This document shows positions 8,243 through 15,606 of a stretch of 32,000 nucleotides of DNA, in pieces; position 1 is the stretch's first letter, and each line of letters opens with the position of its first letter. The translations under genes and the position numbers were made by a program. This stretch comes from Ruminococcus albus 7 = DSM 20455 (GTDB lineage: Bacteria; Bacillota; Clostridia; Oscillospirales; Ruminococcaceae), in contig NC_014824.1 in assembly GCF_000179635.2 (NCBI RefSeq), positions 30,001 to 62,000 of the forward strand. Direction: 5' to 3'. The notes under the pieces were generated by a model. That model was not told where the DNA came from. It saw only the letters and a program-made list of their open reading frames with translations, and made no database searches.

Positions 8243-8617
8243 ATGAAACTCAGAAAAAGAATCACAGCATTTTGTACTGCAGTTTTAATGTCAGTATCTT
8301 TGGCTTCTATTGGTGCAAGCGCGTCATATGCAACAAGCTATACTTTAAAAAAGGCCAAAAGTGCCGGTAAAGATGATGGAACAAAAACCATTTCTTGTAC
8401 TACTCTTAATGGTGATATCGGCGAGTTACACTGGTACTGGAACGGCAGCAAAGGATACTCTGAGTGTACATCAGATGGATATACACATTTTGCAGTAGCA
8501 AACGGAAAGACCAATTCGGCTTCAGCAGATGTTGGCCCTACTAAAACAGCTAAAACTGACAAGGTTAAGCCTAGTAAAAACGACACCATTTATTATGGCG
8601 GTACGGTTGTGACCTGA
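8243..8617 (+). CDS. Lactococcin 972-family bacteriocin precursor candidate (124 aa)
   Basis: Sec signal peptide with an A-S-A cleavage site. The mature part WYWNGSKGYSECTSDGYTHFAVANGKTN...KNDTIYYG parallels Lcn972 (WQHGYGVSSAYSNYHHGSKTHSATVVNNNT...ASFYYN, as I recall it). The hallmark DUF1430-type membrane protein and ABC ATPase lie downstream. Confidence 0.6.
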   Translation: MKLRKRITAFCTAVLMSVSLASIGASASYATSYTLKKAKSAGKDDGTKTISCTTLNGDIGELHWYWNGSKGYSECTSDGYTHFAVANGKTNSASADVGPTKTAKTDKVKPSKNDTIYYGGTVVT

Positions 8618-8702
8618 TATTTCAAAACAGCTTCTTTAAAATAAACAGTCGTTTTAACATTATGTTTTTTAGCTAAAACTTCTATTTTCAGGACATTAGA
8701 CT

Positions 8703-8732
8703 TCCGGACATTCTGAAATCAGAACGTCCGGA
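8703..8732 (+). terminator. Weak hairpin after the bacteriocin gene (possible attenuator)
   Basis: tccggac-(16 nt)-gtccgga followed by tttcg. The large loop makes it weak. Confidence 0.3.
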
Positions 8733-8792
8733 TTTCGATGTCATTGACAAGCGATAAAACCTGACAAATTTACGCATTCCCAAGGTGAGAGT

Positions 8793-9341
8793 ATGAAAAG
8801 AAAAACACTTAATATAATAAAACTAGTATTTATAATCATTGTTTTTGCTTTTGCAGTATTATCATTAGTATGGTACATCAGATATACATTACTGTTCAAA
8901 CCGCTTTTAGAAAATACACAGCTTAAGCAAGATAAAGACGACCATAATTATTATACATTGCGTTGTAAAGACAGCGAACCAATTAATTGGGCAACTATAT
9001 GTATGAGAGTACCGTCCTTTTTGTCATTTTCGGGACACGTTACTGTCTGTCAGGACATTTGCATCGATTATGAATACGATGATACAGACTATGATCTCAC
9101 TATGTCATACTGGCCTAAGATTACTGACAATAATACAATACGCTGGCAAGCCTTGGAATATGAGGATGATGGAAGATTAAGTGACAAAGGCTGTGTTATA
9201 ATTACAGACACCCAACTAAATCTTATAGAGGAGTATCCCGATTCCGATTCACATCTAAACTACAATGAATGTAAAGATAAAATGCAGATCTATTATGATG
9301 AATATATTAAAGGTTCATTCGGTGAAGATTTTTTTGATTGA
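8793..9341 (+). CDS. Membrane-anchored hypothetical protein (182 aa), possible accessory/immunity component
   Basis: One N-terminal TM helix (LVFIIIVFAFAVLSLVWYI) and a Cys-containing acidic ectodomain. It sits between the structural gene and the transporter genes. Confidence 0.6.
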   Translation: MKRKTLNIIKLVFIIIVFAFAVLSLVWYIRYTLLFKPLLENTQLKQDKDDHNYYTLRCKDSEPINWATICMRVPSFLSFSGHVTVCQDICIDYEYDDTDYDLTMSYWPKITDNNTIRWQALEYEDDGRLSDKGCVIITDTQLNLIEEYPDSDSHLNYNECKDKMQIYYDEYIKGSFGEDFFD

Positions 9342-9419
9342 TATTACAATTTAAGATGATTGCATATCAACATAAAGCGTATCTTAATTACACTTCCTAT
9401 AGAAGGAGTAAGCATTCAC

Positions 9420-11399
9420 ATGAGGATAAAACATTTTCTTACATTTATACTAGTATTTTTCGTAATGCTGCTAGTGGGAGAAATCTATTCAGTAGATCAG
9501 ACTCAGAGATTATACCATAAAGGGGATCTTATTTTTATTAATACACCGCAGATATCAGATCAAAACACTGTGATGGAGATTGCCGATGAAATAAATAATA
9601 TTTGTAAAAATAATAATGTCAGCCTTTTTATAGCTAACGAAACTAACCCCACTCTAATAGAATGTAATATTTCAGTATATTATTATGACGATTCGAAACA
9701 GTTCTTAATCGATACAACAGGCGTTACTCCGAAAATGATAAAAAGCATCATATCCGGGAACGTCAATATTTCGTACAATAATATCCGTGAAATAGAATAC
9801 ATAGATATAAACACAGGATTTATTCTTCTTGGTGATAAAACATCAGTTTGTAAGGCGTACAATGAAATAAGCGATTCATATGATGTTTTTGGACACATGC
9901 CTGCAGACTATGACGGTTATCTTCAAAAGAGGTTCCTAGTTTTGGCTGCTTTTTCCGGAATAATAGTATTGATACTTGGAGCTTTTCAAGCAGTAAACAC
10001 CAAAAGGCAAGCTGTTATAAAGGAAATAATGGGATACTCACCTTTTGAAATAATACTGAAAAAATTTTTTGCAGATGCACTACTTATCGCAGCATACTAT
10101 TTGACTGCATTTATTATTCTCAAAAAAGTTTCTTCAGTCGGTGAATGTCACAAAGAAATCATTTTAATTGTTATTTCAATGCTATTGGCTGACTTGATTC
10201 CGTATTCTATGTTTATATGTCCGGATATAAATTCTACAATAAAAGGAAAAAGCCATAAATCAAAAGTATTATTGTTCGGATATTTAATTAACATTCCAAT
10301 TGTTTTTTTATGCATTGTTTCAATTTCAGCTTTTTTTAATTTGCTGAACGAAAGTATGACATTTTTCAAATCAGAAAAGATTTACTCAGATAGTAAGGCT
10401 GTACTGACTAACTTTGATGTTGATTTCTTTGGCAATGACATTCTGGAAGCAAGAAATAATTACAAGCAATATAACGAAGAAATATACAGAAAATACTACG
10501 ATAAGGCGATTATGTTCTCATGTATTGATATTGACGGTGACTTTTTATCAGATATCGTCTATGTCAATTCAAACGGAAAAAATATGCTTTTCGATATGCT
10601 ACCTAAAATAAAAGGATACAGTTGTGACAGTGATTATACTATTTTTTACGGTCAGAATAGTACCTGTACTTTGGAGAGTTCACTTGAATTTATAGCTTCA
10701 ACAGACTTCAATCAAGAAAATAACGCTTCAAATGACTTGTTTTCATATGATAGATATGAACTCCCGTTTGAATACAGCGTAGTAGGAATAAGTAAAAACA
10801 CAGATTCAAATTTTGAAAGAGTGAAAAATCCCGTGCTGATAATCAATAACACATGTCCTGTGATTTCAAATGGTGATTACTCTGTCAATAAAGGCGATCT
10901 TTACAACACAGTCATGTATGAGTTCACTGATAACGATATTAAAGCTATAGTCAGTGATTACGATTTTTACAGTGTAACGGTAACTAGTGTCAGCGAACAG
11001 TTCAATTACAGTTGGCATCACACGAAAACTGAATTATTGTTATTTGGATTATTTTCATGCGGGATATTGTTCTTTGAGATCAGTATAATGATATTCATAA
11101 TAAAGAATGACTTTATTATAAATGGAGTCGAGTTGTGTGTATACAAACTACACGGATATTCAATTTTTGAACGTTTTTCAATTCAATTGATAATATCACT
11201 TGGTACAATAGTAGCAGAAACACTCATACTGCTATTTCTATCGCACAAATATGAAATTGTCAATGAAAAATTGTCTTACAAATATATAGTGCTAGTTGGT
11301 TCTGTTTTACTTGTATTTGAATCTATATTTATTGTTTACAGATCAATCAAATTTGAAAATGAAAAAATCAGTAATATACTGAAAGGCGGTGCCATATAA
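9420..11399 (+). CDS. Bacteriocin-associated integral membrane protein (DUF1430 / TIGR01654-like, FtsX/MacB-type topology)
   Basis: About 659 aa counted from the ATG at 9420 (AAGGAG RBS). Layout is an N-terminal TM, a roughly 170-aa loop, 4 TMs, a roughly 220-aa loop, then 3 C-terminal TMs. The stop overlaps the ATPase start (TAATG). Confidence 0.65.
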   Translation: MRIKHFLTFILVFFVMLLVGEIYSVDQTQRLYHKGDLIFINTPQISDQNTVMEIADEINNICKNNNVSLFIANETNPTLIECNISVYYYDDSKQFLIDTTGVTPKMIKSIISGNVNISYNNIREIEYIDINTGFILLGDKTSVCKAYNEISDSYDVFGHMPADYDGYLQKRFLVLAAFSGIIVLILGAFQAVNTKRQAVIKEIMGYSPFEIILKKFFADALLIAAYYLTAFIILKKVSSVGECHKEIILIVISMLLADLIPYSMFICPDINSTIKGKSHKSKVLLFGYLINIPIVFLCIVSISAFFNLLNESMTFFKSEKIYSDSKAVLTNFDVDFFGNDILEARNNYKQYNEEIYRKYYDKAIMFSCIDIDGDFLSDIVYVNSNGKNMLFDMLPKIKGYSCDSDYTIFYGQNSTCTLESSLEFIASTDFNQENNASNDLFSYDRYELPFEYSVVGISKNTDSNFERVKNPVLIINNTCPVISNGDYSVNKGDLYNTVMYEFTDNDIKAIVSDYDFYSVTVTSVSEQFNYSWHHTKTELLLFGLFSCGILFFEISIMIFIIKNDFIINGVELCVYKLHGYSIFERFSIQLIISLGTIVAETLILLFLSHKYEIVNEKLSYKYIVLVGSVLLVFESIFIVYRSIKFENEKISNILKGGAI

Positions 11400-12025
11400 T
11401 GATAAAGATAAATGATCTATATAAATCATTCAATGGTGAACCACTGTTTGAGGGAATATCACTTGAAATACCCGACAATTCAATGGTAGCGATAATGGGT
11501 AAAAGTGGGTCTGGAAAAACAACTCTCCTTAACATTATAGGAGCGATAGAACCATTTGATTCAGGTGAAGTATCAATTGATGGCATTCAACTTTCAAAAA
11601 AATTCAACAAATTGAAATTGTTCAGAGATAAGATTGGTTTTCTATTTCAGAATTTTGCTTTGATTGAGAATATGACTGTATATGATAATCTGGATATAGT
11701 AAAAAAGAAATATCGTAATGACATATCTTTAGAGGAATGTTTAGAGTGCGTAGAGTTGAAAGATAAAAAGGGCAGTAAAATATACACTTTGTCAGGCGGT
11801 CAACAGCAGAGAGTTGCTTTAGCTCGACTTATGCTAAAAAAGTGTGATATAGTTTTAGCTGACGAACCAACCGGCTCTTTAGATGCGACAAACAGAGATA
11901 TTATAATGAATATACTTTCCTCTATACATAAGCAAGGGAAAACAGTTATAATTGTAACGCACGATCCAATGGTTGCAAAGAAGTGTGAAAATGTTATTGA
12001 AATATGCGATGGAAAGATAGTTTAA
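11399..12025 (+). CDS. ABC transporter ATP-binding protein
   Basis: Walker A GKSGSGKTT, signature LSGGQQQRVALAR, Walker B IVLADEPTGSLD, H-loop VTHD. Confidence 0.9.
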   Translation: MIKINDLYKSFNGEPLFEGISLEIPDNSMVAIMGKSGSGKTTLLNIIGAIEPFDSGEVSIDGIQLSKKFNKLKLFRDKIGFLFQNFALIENMTVYDNLDIVKKKYRNDISLEECLECVELKDKKGSKIYTLSGGQQQRVALARLMLKKCDIVLADEPTGSLDATNRDIIMNILSSIHKQGKTVIIVTHDPMVAKKCENVIEICDGKIV

Positions 12026-12064
12026 CAAAATGAATTACATCATAATACTTGTCATCTTACAAGA

Positions 12065-12588
12065 GGCTATTGCAACCGCAGCACCCTCTAACCATATCCG
12101 AGCATCAGAGCAAAAAAACATATTAACCGGTGAAATAAGCTGTTTCAGTGCGCACACCCCCAAGCCCTCTTCAAAAAAAGAGGACTCGGGGGTGTTATGT
12201 TCTGCTGGTTTTTATGCCGTTTTCAGTTCAAAAAGAGAAATTCCAAGTCGGTTTTCTGAGATCTTAGCAAAAAGCTTCTTTATGTTGTATGCAAGTCCCA
12301 GCAAAAGGAACTCAGTTCTGATGTTGTTTTTGCCCCTGCGCAGGAATCTTCTGAAGCCATGATCCTGTTTCAGCACTCCTAATACGCCTTCAGCCTGTAT
12401 GCTTCGGTTCATTCTGAGCTGTTTTCCGAATTCGGTCGTTATGTTTTCCAGACGGAACATATTCAAGTGTATATACCGCTCCGACTGCCACAGCTGCACG
12501 GAATATTTGCAACACCCTGCCGCTGACTGCCCACGGGCACTGCCCGGCAAAAAAAAAAGAGCCCCCCTGACACAACAGCTTGACCCGC
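12065..12588 (-). mobile_element. IS1182-family remnant: terminal end plus a degraded 3-prime part of the transposase gene
   Basis: 12065-12241 is the inverted counterpart of 7662-7820. By eye there are about 5 substitutions plus a 1-nt and a 17-nt indel. GC-richer than its surroundings. Cut off at 12588 by the IS3-family element. Confidence 0.7.
12212..12588 (-). pseudogene. IS1182-family (DDE) transposase, C-terminal fragment
   Basis: ...GKQLRMNRSIQAEGVLGVLKQDHGFRRFLRRGKNNIRTEFLLLGLAYNIKKL... matches the conserved IS1182 transposase C-terminus. Recognisable similarity covers only about 12212-12457. Upstream of that the frame looks scrambled, with CxxC-like remnants in another frame. Confidence 0.65.
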
Positions 12589-12687
12589 CCCCTGTCAAAT
12601 AGACAGTGTAAAAAACAAAAATATTCTATGTTGTGACCAAAAGCAGTCTGTGCAATATGTGCAGGCTGCTATTTGTTAGCAGTAATT

Positions 12688-12742
12688 GGCATTTCACTTT
12701 CGTAGTGAGGAGCGTAGCGACGAACGAAGAAAGTGAAATGCC
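12688..12742 (-). other. Perfect 14-bp stem hairpin in the IS3 3-prime untranslated end
   Basis: ggcatttcactttc-(27 nt)-gaaagtgaaatgcc, just downstream (minus strand) of the orfB stop. Confidence 0.5.
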
Positions 12743-12753
12743 GCGGCGCCCGG

Positions 12754-13602
12754 TCACGCAGCATACGCCCGGTGAAACTCCATCGGTGTCATGCTGTTCA
12801 GTTTGATTTGATACCGACCAGTGTTGTAGTATCTGATGTATTCTTCAATCGCTGCGATCAGACTGGTTTTATCTGTAAACTTACGAAGGTAGTACATCTC
12901 GGATTTCAGAACGCCCCACCAGCCTTCCATCGGTCCGTTATCTATGCATCTTCCGACTCGGGACATACTCTGTATCATTCCTGCATCTACAAGTTTTTTG
13001 TGAAATGTTTTGTTGGTATACTGAAAACCTCTGTCACTGTGGAAGATCGGGTGGGCATCAGGATTGTGTTCTATCGCTTCGTCAAATGTGGAAAATACAA
13101 GATGATTGTTATTGCTGTCACCGATTTTGTAAGCTACGATGCGTCTGTCATAAAGATCCAGAATTGCACTCAGATACAACTTCTTGATGACCGAACCGAC
13201 ATAGTATTTGAACTCTGTCACATCGGTGAGCCACTTCTCATTCGGCTTATCTGCGTGGAAATCTCTGTTCAGAATATTCTCCGCTGTGATCTGCGGTGTT
13301 GACGGAATATATGTATTCTTCTTGACACGGGTGACTGATTTCAGATGAAGAATCTGCATTAATCTGTAAATCCGTTTCTTGTTGTAATGCACGTCATGCT
13401 CACGGTTGATTACGACTGTCATCTGACGGTACCCTAAGATACCATTGCGTTCTTCATAGTGTTGTTTGATCCATTCTACAAGCTGTTCATTGACTTTCTG
13501 GCTTAAACTCTGCTTCCTTTTCAGCCATTTGTAATATGCAGAGCGTGCGACGTGAACAGCAGCACAGAGCTTCTGAATCGGATAATGCTCTGCTTCATTC
13601 AT
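12754..13602 (-). CDS. IS3-family transposase OrfB (DDE integrase core)
   Basis: DDE contexts WLTDVTEF, IFHSDRGFQY and NGPMEGWWGVLKSE. It is in the -1 frame relative to orfA. Confidence 0.9.
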   Translation of the reverse strand: MNEAEHYPIQKLCAAVHVARSAYYKWLKRKQSLSQKVNEQLVEWIKQHYEERNGILGYRQMTVVINREHDVHYNKKRIYRLMQILHLKSVTRVKKNTYIPSTPQITAENILNRDFHADKPNEKWLTDVTEFKYYVGSVIKKLYLSAILDLYDRRIVAYKIGDSNNNHLVFSTFDEAIEHNPDAHPIFHSDRGFQYTNKTFHKKLVDAGMIQSMSRVGRCIDNGPMEGWWGVLKSEMYYLRKFTDKTSLIAAIEEYIRYYNTGRYQIKLNSMTPMEFHRAYAA

Positions 13603-13643
13603 GTATCTGATCGCAATATACTTGTCCTCGTTTCGTACTCCGC

Positions 13644-14327
13644 TCAGTGACCACCCCCTTGAAGCTCCCTGAGTTTTTTTAGCAGCTTATTCTCCATTTC
13701 CATATCTTTCAGCTTGGCTTGCAGTATCTTGTTTTCCATACGAAGCCTGTCTGCTTCTGTGAGCGCATCTTCCGACTTTGCCTTGCCACGTCGGTCTGTG
13801 AGTCCCTCCACTCCTTTTGCTTCATACTTGCGTACCCAGGAATAGATCTGCTGATAGGATACGCCGTATTTCTCCATCGCAAGCCCATAATCCTTGCCGT
13901 TCTCAATGCAGAACGCTACGATCTCCGCACGTTCCTCCTGTGTTGTTTTTCTGCCTTTGTTCATGGTAATTCCTCTTTCCGAGCGTGTGCGCTCTTTAAA
14001 GTCCTTACCGCTATTATAACATGAAATCCACTTTCTTAAAACACTTGTGGATGAAATATGATACTTTCGGCATATCTCTACTTGACTTCCTTTACAGTCA
14101 AGATATTCAGTTACTGCTTTCAACTTAGTTTTCGCTGAATACCGTTTCTTTGTATGGCTGATCCTGACCGATTCTATTCCATCTGTTTTTGCGAAAACTA
14201 CCATTTGTCTAAACGTTTCTTTTGTAACCCCATATTTCTTGGCTATTGATGCATAGCTCCCTTTTCCTGAAAGATATTCTTGCACTGCTTGAATTCTTTC
14301 TTCATCTGTCAGTTTTCTTCGTGACAT
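13644..14327 (-). CDS. IS3-family transposase OrfA (double HTH)
   Basis: Two HTH_Tnp-like units (LTDEERIQAVQEYL...SIAKKYGV and TTQEERAEIVAFC...AMEKYGVSYQQIYSWVRKY) and a leucine-zipper-like C-terminus. Confidence 0.9.
   Translation of the reverse strand: MSRRKLTDEERIQAVQEYLSGKGSYASIAKKYGVTKETFRQMVVFAKTDGIESVRISHTKKRYSAKTKLKAVTEYLDCKGSQVEICRKYHISSTSVLRKWISCYNSGKDFKERTRSERGITMNKGRKTTQEERAEIVAFCIENGKDYGLAMEKYGVSYQQIYSWVRKYEAKGVEGLTDRRGKAKSEDALTEADRLRMENKILQAKLKDMEMENKLLKKLRELQGGGH
13674..13680 (-). other. Programmed -1 ribosomal frameshift site (A AAA AAA) joining orfA to orfB
   Basis: The minus strand reads cta-aaa-aaa-ctc. I translated the -1 frame from this point, and it stays open (TQGASRGWSLSGVRNEDKYIAIRY) straight into MNEAEHYP of orfB. 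Confidence 0.7.
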
Positions 14328-14444
14328 AAAATAACCCCCTAGAGTTTTTCACGATTTTTGTTTTTTCGTGTGTCTACTCTAAGGGGATTATATCAGCTGT
14401 GCCAGGCTCTTTTTCTTTGTTGGGGCTGCAACATCCCATTTTTA

Positions 14445-15485
14445 TTAGTAGATTTTAAAAGAATTTATTACGTTTTGAATAGTTACTGCCAGCTCAGATG
14501 TTACCTCTTCTTCAGTATCAAACGATAGAGTATACTCCGAACCATTATTTATAATTATAAACTGCTGCAGATTTATTTTTTTACCATTTAGGAAATATTC
14601 TCCTGTAATTGAAATTTTTTGTCCATCATTGTTAAAATTAGTAAGCATAAAATCAGGCTTAGACTGTGAGATATAGTTTATATAATCGATTTGAGAAATG
14701 TTTTCCAACGAAGAAGCTGCTTCATTGACTGTAACAGAAAAAGACGCCGACCCATTTGTATTTGTCATATAGACCGTATCCCCGGACTCTCCATAATCCC
14801 AGCCTTCCGGGAACCCAAATTCGTAATTCCCGCCGGAAACAAATATTGGAATGATTCCCGATGGAATAGGATCAGGTTTAGTCCAATCGAAAGAATTTAC
14901 TATATACTTCAAGGTTTTATTCATCGTTTCATCATTATAGTATCTTATATCAACGCAAAAGTTAAGTTTGATTATGGCTGAATAATCCCAGAATGAATAT
15001 TCAATAAATCCATAGTCCGAAGAACAATAAGATACATAATAGCTTGAATTATCAGGCTTTGAATACTCTCTTAATTCCATACCGTTTGATACAGCTTGCT
15101 GTGTCAGAAGATTTTCATCCACAGTGTTGATTTGCGGGTCATATTCCATTACGATGACCTGAAGCTGAGAACCGGTCTGCCTGTTAACAAACGACACGTT
15201 ACTTCCCGTTCCGTTGACCTTGCTCCACGAATCAGGGATAGATAATCGGAAATTATAATTATCGTCTGAATACATCGTTGTATCTTCCTTCAATTCTATC
15301 ACTTCTTCTGTTATTGAAGAATTTGTCGATGAAGAAGAATTATCTGCTCCATCATCAACATAGCCCTTTAAGTTATTTGATGAGCATTTTACAAATATCA
15401 TCGATACTGTAAATACAATTACAACAAAAGGGATTATCCACCTGTAGCGGCTTAACTCAAATTGATCCTTATCATTGAATTCCAT
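14445..15485 (-). CDS. Membrane-anchored extracytoplasmic protein (346 aa), unknown function
   Basis: GAGGAGG RBS, one N-terminal TM (WIIPFVVIVFTVSMIFV), a Ser-rich linker, then two beta-rich domains beginning F.LSIPDSW / FGFPEGW. Confidence 0.75.
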   Translation of the reverse strand: MEFNDKDQFELSRYRWIIPFVVIVFTVSMIFVKCSSNNLKGYVDDGADNSSSSTNSSITEEVIELKEDTTMYSDDNYNFRLSIPDSWSKVNGTGSNVSFVNRQTGSQLQVIVMEYDPQINTVDENLLTQQAVSNGMELREYSKPDNSSYYVSYCSSDYGFIEYSFWDYSAIIKLNFCVDIRYYNDETMNKTLKYIVNSFDWTKPDPIPSGIIPIFVSGGNYEFGFPEGWDYGESGDTVYMTNTNGSASFSVTVNEAASSLENISQIDYINYISQSKPDFMLTNFNNDGQKISITGEYFLNGKKINLQQFIIINNGSEYTLSFDTEEEVTSELAVTIQNVINSFKIY

Positions 15486-15553
15486 AAAGAAAACCTCCTC
15501 ATAAATTTATTATACAAGAAAATTTATTTTATTTTGAAATTTTTACTCAAGAT

Positions 15554-15569
15554 AAAAATCTACTATAAT
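15554..15569 (+). promoter_or_regulatory. Conserved promoter box (aaaaatctacTATAAT)
   Basis: Member of the shared motif. A TTTACT -35-like hexamer lies 16 bp upstream. It is 38 nt before the giant CDS. Confidence 0.5.
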
Positions 15570-15606
15570 AAAAATAGTTATCAAAGCTTGAAAGGAGATA
15601 AAAATT

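Larger units (their letters stand above)
12589..14386 (-). mobile_element. IS3-family insertion sequence (IS150-like two-ORF organisation), apparently intact
   Basis: Imperfect terminal inverted repeats: ...tagacagtgtaaaaaacaaaaat at 12600-12622 and atttttgttttttcgtgtgtcta at 14354-14376. orfA and orfB are in the 0/-1 arrangement. The exact ends are uncertain by a few bp. Confidence 0.8.

Noticed and set aside
9338-9520. 60-aa ORF, and the TTG-extended start (9360) of the DUF1430-type gene
   Set aside because: An AAGGAG RBS precedes the ATG at 9420, which opens directly into the expected N-terminal TM helix. The upstream extension has no RBS.
12030-12602. + strand ORFs 12030..12362 and 12399..12602, and the alternative - frame 12390..12575, in the IS1182 remnant
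   Set aside because: They overlap the recognisable transposase C-terminal frame or its degraded upstream part. They are GC-driven open frames in a pseudogenised IS.
12733-13302. 189-aa + strand ORF antisense to IS3 orfB (also 13005..13187 and 13719..14024)
   Set aside because: It lies opposite a transposase ORF with clear DDE motifs. It has no RBS and no recognisable features.
5960-14390. Possible direct repeat (aagggg) at both edges of the mosaic (5970-5976 and 14381-14387) as an insertion scar
   Set aside because: It is only a 6-mer. On the right side it lies within the IS3 terminal region, which makes it too short and too ambiguous to call a target duplication.
186-15485. Possible paralogy between the lipoprotein (186..1091) and the 346-aa membrane-anchored protein (14445..15485)
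   Set aside because: Both have a loosely similar exported beta-rich layout and similar C-terminal endings (..AKSFSY / ..NSFDW / ..NSFKIY). I could not align them convincingly by eye, so I left this as unsupported.
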